From NCBI GenBank assembly GCA_965215565.1, contig CBDCDZ010000004.1, positions 1,600,001-1,664,000 on the forward strand: a stretch of DNA of 64,000 bases. The letters run 5' to 3'. Below the pieces are notes generated by a model. That model was not told the DNA's origin. It worked only from the letters and a program-made list of their open reading frames with translations, and searched no databases. Positions 54,534-64,000 of this stretch are shown here, in pieces (position 1 is the first letter of the stretch; each line of letters opens with the position of its first letter). This stretch comes from Trueperaceae bacterium (GTDB lineage: Bacteria; Deinococcota; Deinococci; Deinococcales; Trueperaceae). Made by a program: the position numbers and the translations under genes.

Positions 54534-57095
54534 ATGCTCTGGTCTACCCTCTTCCGTTTGGCTTTTCGCAACTTGCTGCGCCACCCTTGGCGCAGCGTCG
54601 CCACGACGCTCGGCGTCGCTCTAGGCATTGCGGCGGTGCTCGCGACGCTCTCGGTAGGCGACAACGTCGAGGCGAACGTCAGGAGCACCTTGGACGCCGC
54701 TGCGGGCAGAGCGGACTTGCTCGTCACGCCCGGCGCGCAGGGGCGCTCGGTCTTCTCCGTGGACGACGTTTTAGACGAGGTTGCCTCGACGCCCGGCGTC
54801 CTGCGCGTCCACCCGGTGCTGAATACGCGCGCCGAGCCGGTGCGCGACATCCAGGGCGCGGCGGACTCGGTCATACCGGGCGTCGACTCGGGCTTTCAGC
54901 TCTCTGGGCGCGAGACGGAGGAGCCAGAGGACTTGCCCGCCGAACTCCTCGCGGGTGCGCTGCCCGACGCGGGCTCACAGGGCGTCGCGCTCGCGTCGGG
55001 TTTCGCGCAGACGCGCGGCTACGCGGTGGGTGACGAGATCGCCTTTGCGTCGCGCTTAGGTGACTTGCCCTTCACCGTCACCGGGCTTTTGGACGACTCG
55101 ATCGGCTTGGCGAGCACGAACGGCGGGCGCGTCGGCATCGCCAACTTAAACGACTTACAGGACGCTTTTCGGCTCTCGGGGCGCGCGTCCTTCATCGAGG
55201 TGCTCATCGCGGACGGCAGCGTGGCGGCTGAGGTGCAAGAGCGGTTGGAGGCTGCCGTAGGTGACGCCTACACCGTTACCCTGCCCTCAGGTAGCGGCAA
55301 CCTAGCGACGGGCGTGGTGGACACGATCCAGGCGGGTCTGCGCGTGCTCGCCGCGACGCTCATCGCGCTGGGCGGCTTCATGGCGTACAACACTTTCGCG
55401 GCGGGCGTCGTGGAGCGCACGCAGGAGTACGCACTCCTGCGCACCATCTGCATGACGCGCGCGCAGGTGCAGCGCCTGGCGCTCGTTGAGGCGGCGCTCG
55501 TCAGCCTGCTCGGGGTGGTCTTGGGGCTCACCCTCGGCGTCTTGCTCTCGCTCGGCATCACACAGCTTCAGGCGCAGAGCTTGGGCTTCGAATTTCGCAC
55601 TCTGGTCATTCCGGTAGGCAACGTGCTCTTAGCGAGCGTCATCGGCGTGTTGGTCTCGCTCCTAGCGGGACTCTTGCCCGCTAGAGCAGCCTCGCAGACG
55701 CACCCTTTAGCAGCCTCGAGGCGCACCGAAGAGCGGACCTCGCGCAACCCACATCTGGGGTGGCCCCTCGTCATCGGCGGCGTCATCGCGGCTTTGAGCC
55801 CCTGGCAGGGCGGCTGGGCGATCTTCGGCAGCGCCCTGGCGATGGGTCTCCTCTTTTTGGGCATCACGCTCATCACACCGCTGCTCTTGCCGCCCGCCTT
55901 GACCCTCTTGCGCCCCATCTTCACGCGCGTCTACGGCGTGGCGGGCAAGCTGGGCGCGTCCTTTACCCTGCGCAACGCGGAGCGCAACGCTGTAGCCATC
56001 GGCGCGGTGATCGTCGGCATGGGCTTAACCATCGGCGTCGGCGCGATGGTGGCGGGCATCAACCAGTCGATCCGCGACTGGGTGGATACCACCATCGTCG
56101 GCGACCTCTTCGTCACCACGCCCGTGAGTTTTCCGGCTGGCTTCGAGCAGGCAGCCGGGGAGCGCGTGAGTGAACTCGCGGAGATCAGCGGCGTCGGCGT
56201 GCGCGTCGTGCGCTTTGAAGCGGAGGAGGGGGCGAGAGGGCGCAGCGTCGCGCTCGTCTTGGTGGACCCCGAACGCTTCAACCCAGAGGGCGGCTTCGGC
56301 AGATTTCAGTTCATCGACGGACAGGGCGACGCGCAAGTTGCCTACGACACGCTGCGTAGCGGCGGTCAGGTGTTGGCGGCGAACACCATCTTGGACCGCT
56401 TCGGCGTGGAGCGGGGCGACGAGGTGCAGCTCCGCACGAACGAAGGATTTCAAGGCTTCGAAGTCGGCGGCGTCGTCGTGGACTTTACGGGGGGCGGCGA
56501 AGCGTTTGTGGGTAGCTTGAACGACGCAGACCTCTTCGGCGGCGGCACGCCCGACCTCTTCGTGATGACCTTGCAAGAGGGCGCGGACCCGCAAGCGGTG
56601 CGCGAGTCGCTTATAGGGGCGTTCCCGGAGTTATATTTGGACGTCACCTTAAACCAGTCCTACCGTGAGCGCATCCTCACCTTGACCCAGCAGACCTTTG
56701 CCACCACGAACGGACTGCTCATCTTAGCGGTCTTCATCGCCGCTTTGGGCGTCGCTAACACGCTCGGCATGAACCTGAGCAGCCGCCAGCACGAGATCGC
56801 CGTGCTGCGCACCCTGGGGCTTACGCGGCGCGGCGTGCGGCGGCTCATCTCGGCGGAGGGAGTGGTCATTATCGTCGTCGGCACGCTTTTAGGTATCCTC
56901 TGCGGCGTTTTGCTCTCGACGGTCATCACGGCGGGCGCGAACGCCTTGACGGGCTACCGCATCGTGCCGGTCTACCCTTGGCGGCTCATCGTCGTCGCGC
57001 TCGTCAGCTCGCCCTTAGTCGGACTTTTAGCCTCGCTCTTGCCCGCGCGCCGCGCCGCGAAGCTCTCGCCTGTGACGGCGCTCGGGGGGGAGTAA
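54534..57095 (+). CDS. FtsX/MacB-like ABC permease (two FtsX modules)
   Basis: LAFRNLLRHPWRS, VERTQEYALLR, RQHEIAVLRTLG, two LLPAR.A motifs; leaderless TAGACT-N6-ATG. Confidence 0.9.
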   Translation: MLWSTLFRLAFRNLLRHPWRSVATTLGVALGIAAVLATLSVGDNVEANVRSTLDAAAGRADLLVTPGAQGRSVFSVDDVLDEVASTPGVLRVHPVLNTRAEPVRDIQGAADSVIPGVDSGFQLSGRETEEPEDLPAELLAGALPDAGSQGVALASGFAQTRGYAVGDEIAFASRLGDLPFTVTGLLDDSIGLASTNGGRVGIANLNDLQDAFRLSGRASFIEVLIADGSVAAEVQERLEAAVGDAYTVTLPSGSGNLATGVVDTIQAGLRVLAATLIALGGFMAYNTFAAGVVERTQEYALLRTICMTRAQVQRLALVEAALVSLLGVVLGLTLGVLLSLGITQLQAQSLGFEFRTLVIPVGNVLLASVIGVLVSLLAGLLPARAASQTHPLAASRRTEERTSRNPHLGWPLVIGGVIAALSPWQGGWAIFGSALAMGLLFLGITLITPLLLPPALTLLRPIFTRVYGVAGKLGASFTLRNAERNAVAIGAVIVGMGLTIGVGAMVAGINQSIRDWVDTTIVGDLFVTTPVSFPAGFEQAAGERVSELAEISGVGVRVVRFEAEEGARGRSVALVLVDPERFNPEGGFGRFQFIDGQGDAQVAYDTLRSGGQVLAANTILDRFGVERGDEVQLRTNEGFQGFEVGGVVVDFTGGGEAFVGSLNDADLFGGGTPDLFVMTLQEGADPQAVRESLIGAFPELYLDVTLNQSYRERILTLTQQTFATTNGLLILAVFIAALGVANTLGMNLSSRQHEIAVLRTLGLTRRGVRRLISAEGVVIIVVGTLLGILCGVLLSTVITAGANALTGYRIVPVYPWRLIVVALVSSPLVGLLASLLPARRAAKLSPVTALGGE

Positions 57096-57344
57096 CGAAT
57101 ATGCTAGGCTGGAACCCGCATCGCCATACTGAAAAAGGTCGACGGGTTGTGTAAGGTGCTCTGCGCAGGTCACGCCGGTATACGCTGCGAAGGGGGAACT
57201 GATGGGGACGCTAAATGGGGATTATGTCGATAGGTTGCGCTAGGCTGCAATTCAAGCACAAGAGCACAACTCGGGTGCAACGCTGGGCTATTTCGTGAAA
57301 ACGAGGTTTTAGGTGATCAGGACTATCTTCTGTAAAGGGCAGCG

Positions 57345-58715
57345 ATGTCGCTCATAATTGTCTCCAACCGCGAACCACTGCAAGAGGAGAACGGCAGTTG
57401 GCAGCCCTCAGTGGGCGGCCTCACCACAGCGCTCTTACCCGTTTTGGAGAAGCGCGGTGGTGTGTGGGTGGCTTGGGGCGAAGAGAAGGCGGACGAAGTC
57501 CCGAGTATCCACTATCCCGAGGATGATCCCATCTTGGAGGTCAAACGCCTCAAACTCAGTGATGAAGAGGTCGGCAACTACTACTACGGGCTCGCCAACC
57601 GCGTCTTATGGCCCGTCTGTCACTACTTCATCGAACAGATGGATTTGCGGCAGGAGTTCTTCGACGACTACGCCGAGGTCAACCGGCGCTTTGCGGACGC
57701 TGTCGCGGAAACGTACAGTGAGGGCGACGCGGTCTGGATTCAGGACTACCACCTACTCTTAGCACCTGGCTTTGTGCGCGAGCAAAAACCGGACGCCCGC
57801 ATCGGCTTCTTCTTCCACATCCCGTGGCCCGCCGTCGAGGTGTGGCGCACACTGCCCTGGTCGAAAGAACTGACTAAAGGACTCTTGGGCGCAGACCTCT
57901 TAGGTTTTCACAACGAGGCGTATGCCGGAAACTTCTTGGAGGCTGCCAAGGACGTGGGCGCGACGGTCGAGGGCAACTGCGTCTATTATGAAGGCCGCAC
58001 GATTCGCGCAGAGGCGCACCCCATCGGCATCGACACGGCGCGCTTTGAGGAATTTGCCGACAAAGAAAGTGTAAAAAAGGGAGCCGAGGAGCTAAAGGCG
58101 AATATCCACAGCGAGTTCATCATCGTGGGCGTGGACCGGCTCGACTACACGAAGGGCCTGCCCGAACGCCTCCTCGCCTTCGAGCACTTTTTAGAACACA
58201 ACCCCGACTATCAGGGCAAGGTCACGCTCTACCAAGTCGCCTCGCCGAGCCGTACGCGCGTCGAGTCGTATCAAGAGTTGAAAAGAACTGTGGATGAGAT
58301 CGCTGGGCGTATCAACGGCGAATACATGCAGGGCGACTGGGTGCCGGTGCGCTACCTCTACCGCTCGTTTCCCCAAGAAGAGTTAGCGAGCGTCTACCTC
58401 GCTGCCGACGCCGCGCTCATCACGCCCATCCGCGACGGGATGAACGTCGTGGCGCAGGAGTTCTCGCTCATCACCGAGAGCGGCACGCTCATCTTGTCGA
58501 ACTTGACGGGAGCTGCCAATGTGCTCACCGAGACCCTGCGTGTCAACCCCTTCGACATCGAAGAGGTCTCAAGCGCCATCAAAGAGGCGCTCACGACGCC
58601 TGAAGAGAAGCGGAGAGAACGCGCCGCCAAGCTGCGCGAGCAGGTCAAGTCGCTCGACGTGCACGGCTGGGCGGAAGGCTTCCTCAATTCTTTAGAGGGA
58701 CGTGCTAAGGAATAA
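57345..58715 (+). CDS. otsA: Trehalose-6-phosphate synthase
   Basis: IVSNREP, GGL, WIQDYHL, FFHIPWP, GVDRLDYTKG, DGMNVVAQE. Confidence 0.95.
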   Translation: MSLIIVSNREPLQEENGSWQPSVGGLTTALLPVLEKRGGVWVAWGEEKADEVPSIHYPEDDPILEVKRLKLSDEEVGNYYYGLANRVLWPVCHYFIEQMDLRQEFFDDYAEVNRRFADAVAETYSEGDAVWIQDYHLLLAPGFVREQKPDARIGFFFHIPWPAVEVWRTLPWSKELTKGLLGADLLGFHNEAYAGNFLEAAKDVGATVEGNCVYYEGRTIRAEAHPIGIDTARFEEFADKESVKKGAEELKANIHSEFIIVGVDRLDYTKGLPERLLAFEHFLEHNPDYQGKVTLYQVASPSRTRVESYQELKRTVDEIAGRINGEYMQGDWVPVRYLYRSFPQEELASVYLAADAALITPIRDGMNVVAQEFSLITESGTLILSNLTGAANVLTETLRVNPFDIEEVSSAIKEALTTPEEKRRERAAKLREQVKSLDVHGWAEGFLNSLEGRAKE

Positions 58716-59410
58716 TGAACGACGTTCCCACCGTTCAAAACCCGCTCCTGATGCTCGATTACGACGGCACGCTAGCAGAAGTCGTCGATAATCCAGATGA
58801 GGCGCATCCGCACGAAGAGGTGCCGGACCTACTCACAAGGCTGAACGAAGCGCATCCGGTTTACATCGTCACCGGACGCACCGCCGATGACCTCAGCACC
58901 CTCTTACACGTTGAGGGTCTGCGCGTTATCGGCGTGCACGGGATGGAAGAGGGTGTGTTGGGGGGAGAGGTCACGCCGAGCGTCTCGGAAGAGGATTTAG
59001 AGACGTTGGAGGAGGTGCGGCGGGACTTCCCCGAGCTTAAAGGGTTGAAGGTGGAGGATAAGAGGTCAGCCATTGCCTTTCACTACAGAGAAGTCTCGGA
59101 CGAGGGTAGAGAGAAACTCGAGTCCTGGGCGTCACAACAACCCAAAAATTTAAGCAGATTATGGGGCAAAAACGTCTTGGAATTACGTCCCGAAGGCTAC
59201 AGCAAAGGGCGAGCGGTAGAGCGTTTAGTCAAAGAGCATTCAGACAAAAAACCCGTCTTCATCGGCGACGACACGACGGATGAAGAGGCGTTCGAAGTTT
59301 TAGCATTAGATACAGGGCTCAGTATTAAAGTCGGACAAGGCGAGACGAAAGCGCAGGCGCGTCTGGTGGACGTGGACGCAGTCGTCGCTTACTTGAAGCA
59401 CTACCTCTAA
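58715..59410 (+). CDS. otsB: Trehalose-6-phosphate phosphatase (HAD)
   Basis: LDYDGTL, VTGR, GVHGME, HYR, GKNVLELRP, KGRAV, IGDDTTDEEAF; TAATG overlap with otsA. Confidence 0.94.
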   Translation: MNDVPTVQNPLLMLDYDGTLAEVVDNPDEAHPHEEVPDLLTRLNEAHPVYIVTGRTADDLSTLLHVEGLRVIGVHGMEEGVLGGEVTPSVSEEDLETLEEVRRDFPELKGLKVEDKRSAIAFHYREVSDEGREKLESWASQQPKNLSRLWGKNVLELRPEGYSKGRAVERLVKEHSDKKPVFIGDDTTDEEAFEVLALDTGLSIKVGQGETKAQARLVDVDAVVAYLKHYL

Positions 59411-59475
59411 ATTAAGTCTGTGGGGGTTGGGGCTCGAGAGACTCGAGCCCTGCTAAAATCTAGGCGGTGTACTAA

Positions 59476-59653
59476 TAGCAGGTATCATCTGGTTTGAGTG
59501 TACGTAAGTTTTGCGAAGCAACACGCTCACCGTAGGAAACGATGTTTCCTATGGAAAACTGCGTAACTAACACGCACATTATGAGATGAAATCCCGCTAG
59601 TCCTTACGGACAGAGACCTGCAGCATTTTATCTCAGTATGTCTTGGAACTGCT
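59476..59653. repeat. Dispersed repeat family A, copy 3 (with internal insertions)
   Basis: Same left end (TAGCAGGTATCATCTGGTTTGAG) and right end (TCTCAGTA...TTGGAACTGCT); the inner AGATGA/ACCTGC arm is split by ~26 nt. Confidence 0.78.
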
Positions 59654-59893
59654 TTAAGTTTTGCGAGCGCAGTAGCACCAAGTCCGTAGGAAACGTGAGT
59701 TAGTCCTCGGATAGACGTAAGATGGGACCCTTCCAGGTCCATGCCGAGCACCTTCACTATTCCTTAACAAAATGTAAGAAATCCCTCTTAAAGCACAGTT
59801 TTTTTACTTACACCCTCTTTCTCTGTTATGCTTTGACAGGTGAATTTTACAGCAAGGGGCAGAACGTCTCTGCGTCAGACCTTGACACGGTCC

Positions 59894-59913
59894 AGCGCCC
59901 ACATGTGGGCGCT
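59894..59913. promoter_or_regulatory. Perfect 20-bp palindrome upstream of coxM (operator or 5'UTR hairpin)
   Basis: AGCGCCCACA|TGTGGGCGCT, 33 nt before the coxM ATG; candidate extended -10 TGnTATGCT at 59824-59832. Confidence 0.35.
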
Positions 59914-59946
59914 CTAAAGAGGGTGATCACGATAACAGGTTCAACC

Positions 59947-60822
59947 ATGTTTCCAGCGAGTTTCGAGTATCACCGCGCCGGTTCGGTCGAGGAGGCGTTA
60001 GACCTCTTAGCCCAATATGGCGCGGACGCCAAACTGTTAGCGGGCGGTCAGAGCCTCATCCCAGATATGCGCTACCGCTTGACACAGCCGGGCGTTTTAG
60101 TCGATATCAATAAAATTGAAGGCTTGGGCTACCTCAACGAAAATGGAACGCTCAGCTTGGGCGCACTTACGCGCAGTTCGGATGTGGAGTCGTCCAAGCT
60201 CATCAATGAGAGGTATCACCTGCTCGCGGACGTGTCGCGCACCGTCGCGGACCCTATCGTCCGCAGACGCGGCACCGTCGCGGGCAGCCTCGCGTACAAC
60301 GATCCCTCGGGCGACTGGGGTTCGGCGGCGCTAGCATCTCGCGCGGAAGTTGTGATTCGCGGGCAAAGCGGTACGCGCACACAGGATATCGACGACTTCT
60401 TAATGGGGCACTACCAAACCTCGTTGCAAGAGGGCGAGATGCTGACCGAAGTCCGCTTTCCTACGCTGGACAGCCGCACGGCAGGCGCGTACGAAAAGGT
60501 CAAGCGCAAAATCGGCGACTGGGCGACAGCATCCGCTGCTGTTCAAGTGACCTTAGGTGACGACAACGCCATTCGTGAAGTCGGTATCAGCATGGCGGCG
60601 GTCGCGCCGGAGCCGCGCCGGGCGGAGGAAGCCGAAGAGGTCTTGCGCGGTTACTACCTTACAAAAGAGTCGATTGAAGCCGCGTCCGAAGCGGCGATGA
60701 AGGTGGCGGAGCCTAAAAGCGACACGCGCGGCTCAGCCGAATACAAGAGAGACATGGTGCGGGTGTTGGTCTCGAGGGGCTTATACCGCGCCGCCGCGCG
60801 TTTAGGAGTGAACGTTGAGTAA
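59947..60822 (+). CDS. coxM: CO dehydrogenase medium (FAD) subunit
   Basis: [35 protein letters not shown]...[17 protein letters not shown]. Start moved to ATG 59947. Confidence 0.9.
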   Translation: MFPASFEYHRAGSVEEALDLLAQYGADAKLLAGGQSLIPDMRYRLTQPGVLVDINKIEGLGYLNENGTLSLGALTRSSDVESSKLINERYHLLADVSRTVADPIVRRRGTVAGSLAYNDPSGDWGSAALASRAEVVIRGQSGTRTQDIDDFLMGHYQTSLQEGEMLTEVRFPTLDSRTAGAYEKVKRKIGDWATASAAVQVTLGDDNAIREVGISMAAVAPEPRRAEEAEEVLRGYYLTKESIEAASEAAMKVAEPKSDTRGSAEYKRDMVRVLVSRGLYRAAARLGVNVE

Positions 60823-61327
60823 GTCAGCAAATAAACCAGTGGAAAAACAAACCGTCGAAGTGAATGTGAACGGTAAACAGGTGAAGTTGGATGTCGAACC
60901 CCGCACCCTCTTGGCCTACGCCATCCGCGACGCGGGTCTCACCGGCACACACGTCGGCTGCGACTCAACGAGTTGCGGCGCGTGCACGGTCTTAGTAGAC
61001 GGCGTCCCCGTCAAATCCTGCACCATGTTCGCCGTGCAAGCCGAAGGTAGTGACGTCACCACCATCGAGGGCATGGGCGGCGGCGCGAACCTCCACCCTT
61101 TACAGCAAGCCTTTTGGGACCAGCACGGACTCCAGTGCGGCTACTGTACGCCCGGTATGATTTTGACCTCGCACGCCCTGCTCCAGGACAACCCGAACCC
61201 GAGCGAAGAGGAGATTCGCTTCGCCATTTCGGGCAACCTGTGCCGCTGCACGGGCTACAACAACATTGTCAAAGCTGTGAAGCAAGCCGCCGAGACCCTC
61301 TCGGAGCCTGCACAAGCAGCGGATTAG
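60815..61327 (+). CDS. coxS: CO dehydrogenase small (2Fe-2S) subunit
   Basis: [30 protein letters not shown]. Confidence 0.93.
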   Translation: MSKSANKPVEKQTVEVNVNGKQVKLDVEPRTLLAYAIRDAGLTGTHVGCDSTSCGACTVLVDGVPVKSCTMFAVQAEGSDVTTIEGMGGGANLHPLQQAFWDQHGLQCGYCTPGMILTSHALLQDNPNPSEEEIRFAISGNLCRCTGYNNIVKAVKQAAETLSEPAQAAD

Positions 61328-61424
61328 GTCCTGCCTGATGCAATCAGGCAGCGTTTAGCGGTTAAGGACCACAATTCACTTGTGGTCCGCTTCCGCACGT
61401 TCACCACAAGAACTAGGAGTTTTC

Positions 61425-63779
61425 ATGAGCGTTACTGCCACCAAACAATGCCGTTCGCTGGGTCAGAGCGTCAAGCGCAAGGAGGACCCGCGCTTCATCC
61501 AGGGTAGGGGCAACTACTTAGACGATCACGTCCTCCCCAACATGCTCTACATGTCCTTAGTCCACAGCCCGCACGCCCACGCCAAAATCGTCAACATCGA
61601 CACGACGAAGGCGCTGGAGGTGCCGGGCGTCAAGGCGGTCATCACGGGTGAGGATTTGGACGCCGCCGGTCTCTCGTGGATTCCTACGCTCGCAGGCGAC
61701 AAGCAGATGGTCTTGGGCATCGGTAAGGTGATGTACCACTTCCAAGAGGTTGCCGCCGTCGTTGCCGAAACGAGGGAAGCTGCCGCCGATGGCGCTGCCG
61801 CTGTTGAAGTCACCTATGAGCCGCTGCCCGTCGTGGTGGACCCTTACCAAGCCGCGCAAGCGGACGCCCCCGTCCTGCGCGATGACCGCGAACAACGCGA
61901 CAACCACATCTTCTCGTGGAACGTAGGCGACGAGAGCGGTACGGATAGAGCGCTCGCTGACGCCGAAGTCGTCGTCACCCAGAAGATGACCTATCAGCGC
62001 TGCCACCCCGCGCCCATCGAGCCCTGCGGCTGCGTCGCCGACATGAACCCCGCGACGAACAAGCTCACCTTCTACATGACCTCGCAAGCGCCCCACGCGC
62101 ACCGCACGGTCTTCTCGCTCGTGTCGGGCATCCCGGAGAGCAACATCCGCGTCGTCTCGCCCGACATCGGCGGCGGCTTTGGCAACAAAGTTCCGGTCTA
62201 TCCCGGCTACGTCTGCGCCATCGTCGCCTCCTTGACGCTCGGCGTGCCCGTGAAGTGGGTGGAGACGCGCACCGAGAACCTCACCACGTCGGCGTTCGCC
62301 CGCGACTACCACATGGAAGCGAAAATCGGCGCGACGAAAGAGGGTAAAGTCACGGCGCTCAAGGTCTCGACCATCGCCGATCACGGCGCGTTCGACGCGG
62401 CGGCGGACCCCTCGAAGTTTCCAGCAGGGCTTTTCGGCGTCTGTACGGGCTCGTACGACTTTCCGGTTGCGTACGCCCAAGTGGACGCCTACTACACGAA
62501 CAAGACGCCCGGCGGCATCGCCTATCGCTGCTCTTTCCGCGTGACCGAAGCCTCGTACCTCATCGAGCGGACGATGGACGTGCTCGCCGACGAATTAGAG
62601 ATAGACGCCGCCGACCTCCGTTTCAAGAATTTCATCAAAAAAGACCAGTTCCCGTATCCGTCCGCCTTGAACTGGACCTACGACAGCGGCGACTACCACA
62701 CGACCTTTCAAAAGGCGCTCGAGAAAATCGGCTACCAAGACCTCTTAAAAGAGCAAGCCGAAAAGCGTGAACGCGGCGAGTACATGGGCATCGGCATTTC
62801 GACCTTTACCGAAATCGTCGGCGCGGGACCGGGCAAGCAGTTCGACATCTTGGGCATCAAGATGTTCGACTCCTCTGAAATCCGCATCCACCCGACGGGC
62901 AGCGCCATCGTCCGCGCTGGGACGAAGTCACAAGGGCAAGGACACGAGACGACTTGGGCGCAGATTGTGGCGGAGGAACTCGGGCTGGACATCGCCAACA
63001 TCACCGTCGAAGAGGGCGATACGGACACAGCCCCCTATGGACTCGGGACGTACGCCAGCCGCAGCACGCCCGTCGCCGGGGGCGCACTCGCGCTCGGCGC
63101 ACGGCGCATCCGCGAGAAGGCGAAGAAGATTGCCGCGCACCTCTTGGAAGCGGGCGAGCAGGATGTCGAGTGGGAGGACTACAAGTTCCAAGTGACGGGC
63201 GTGCCTGAGAAGAGTGTCACGATGCAAGAGGTGGCGTTCGCCGCGTATACGAATCCACCCGAGGGTATGGAGCCCGGCCTAGAGGCCACCTACTACTACG
63301 ACCCGCCCAACATGACCTTCCCACACGGCGCGTATATCTGCGTGGTGGAGGTGGACAAGGCGACGGGCGAAGTGAAAGTGCGCCGCTTCCTGGCGGTAGA
63401 TGACTGCGGCACGGTCATCAACCCGATGATCGTCGAGGGACAGATTCACGGTGGGCTGACTGAAGGGTTTGCCATCGCCTTCATGCAGGAAATCACCTAC
63501 GACGAGAACGGACACAACCAAAATACGAACTTCTTGGACTACCTCTTGCCGACCTCGTATGAAACGCCGAGCTGGGAGACGGACAATACCGTCACGCCCT
63601 CGCCGCATCACCCTATCGGCGCGAAAGGCGTGGGCGAATCGCCGAACGTGGGCTCGCCTGCGGCGTTTGTGAATGCGGTGGTGGACGCGCTTTCGCCTTT
63701 AGGTGTGCGTCACCTCGACATGCCCCTCAAGCGTGAAAAGGTGTGGAAAGCGCTGCGGGACGCGGGCGTTCGGGGATAA
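61425..63779 (+). CDS. coxL: Aerobic CO dehydrogenase large subunit, form I
   Basis: Active-site motif AYRCSFR (62520-62540), IGGGFGNK, QGQGHET, AKGVGES. Start moved to ATG 61425 (AGGAG RBS). Confidence 0.95.
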   Translation: MSVTATKQCRSLGQSVKRKEDPRFIQGRGNYLDDHVLPNMLYMSLVHSPHAHAKIVNIDTTKALEVPGVKAVITGEDLDAAGLSWIPTLAGDKQMVLGIGKVMYHFQEVAAVVAETREAAADGAAAVEVTYEPLPVVVDPYQAAQADAPVLRDDREQRDNHIFSWNVGDESGTDRALADAEVVVTQKMTYQRCHPAPIEPCGCVADMNPATNKLTFYMTSQAPHAHRTVFSLVSGIPESNIRVVSPDIGGGFGNKVPVYPGYVCAIVASLTLGVPVKWVETRTENLTTSAFARDYHMEAKIGATKEGKVTALKVSTIADHGAFDAAADPSKFPAGLFGVCTGSYDFPVAYAQVDAYYTNKTPGGIAYRCSFRVTEASYLIERTMDVLADELEIDAADLRFKNFIKKDQFPYPSALNWTYDSGDYHTTFQKALEKIGYQDLLKEQAEKRERGEYMGIGISTFTEIVGAGPGKQFDILGIKMFDSSEIRIHPTGSAIVRAGTKSQGQGHETTWAQIVAEELGLDIANITVEEGDTDTAPYGLGTYASRSTPVAGGALALGARRIREKAKKIAAHLLEAGEQDVEWEDYKFQVTGVPEKSVTMQEVAFAAYTNPPEGMEPGLEATYYYDPPNMTFPHGAYICVVEVDKATGEVKVRRFLAVDDCGTVINPMIVEGQIHGGLTEGFAIAFMQEITYDENGHNQNTNFLDYLLPTSYETPSWETDNTVTPSPHHPIGAKGVGESPNVGSPAAFVNAVVDALSPLGVRHLDMPLKREKVWKALRDAGVRG

Positions 63780-63825
63780 GGTTTTTCCACGCCGCACAAA
63801 CGAAGTGTGTGGTAGAGGCAGCTAC

Positions 63826-63853
63826 GTAGGGGCGGTTCATGAACCGCCCCTAC
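63826..63853. repeat. GTAG-type REP-like palindrome
   Basis: GTAGGGGCGGTTCA|TGAACCGCCCCTAC, a perfect 28-bp palindrome. Confidence 0.8.
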
Positions 63854-63905
63854 ACCGCGTAAGACAGCGGGACAGACTGAAACTATTGCAAACAGATAGG
63901 GCTAT

Positions 63906-64000
63906 ATGGACTTAGAACGTATTTTAGAACTTAAACACGAAGAGCAGCGCTTTGTCGTGGCAACCGTCGTATCGCGTCAAGCGCCCGTCTCCTCGCATTT
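63906..64000 (+). CDS. XdhC/CoxF-like accessory protein (5' partial)
   Basis: MDLERILELKHEEQRFVVATVVSRQAPVSSH; the ATVV....P.S N-terminus is typical of XdhC/CoxF and follows coxL. Confidence 0.7.
   Translation, partial: MDLERILELKHEEQRFVVATVVSRQAPVSSH

Noticed and set aside
54534..57095. FtsX-type permease without an adjacent ATPase, as a novel system
   Set aside because: The ATPase can be encoded elsewhere; nothing else unusual is visible.

Overview
GC-rich bacterial chromosomal window, probably Deinococcota (Trueperaceae-like). This is inferred from a helicase-dead PriA, several TANNNT-N6/7-start leaderless promoters and a SARP/BTAD-STAND regulator. In order: partial sucC; a six-gene SWIM / DUF5691 / HEAT-LRV-repeat / MoxR-type AAA / DUF5682 / VWA operon (yeh-like); a PKD lipoprotein; a ~13.3 kb type IV secretion-like locus; an orphan SdpA/SdpB-like pair; an S8 protease and a lipoprotein divergent from a BTAD-NTPase-TPR regulator; serine hydrolase; pgk; gap; a glycoside hydrolase lipoprotein; priA; an ABC exporter with a DesK/DesR-type two-component system; a multi-GAF HD-GYP protein; a nucleoside-hydrolase-like lipoprotein; a GIY-YIG nuclease; an EthA-like monooxygenase; an FtsX-type permease; otsAB; and form I CO dehydrogenase coxMSL with a partial xdhC/coxF. 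The most unusual feature is the T4SS-like locus. It has a VirB2-like pilin, VirB3, VirB4, a VirB5-like protein, an M23 peptidase fused to a VirB6-like membrane domain, VirD4 with a duplicated C-terminal domain, an exported PLD-fold protein lacking HKD, a SpoIIIAA/Ycf45-type ATPase and a divergent VirB10-like gene. I see no relaxase, integrase or VirB7/8/9/11. Intergenic regions hold two ~100-180 bp MITE-like repeat families, GTAG-type REP palindromes and an AT-rich operator-like array. I recognised no rRNA, tRNA or CRISPR array. All family assignments come from motif recognition by eye; no database search was run.
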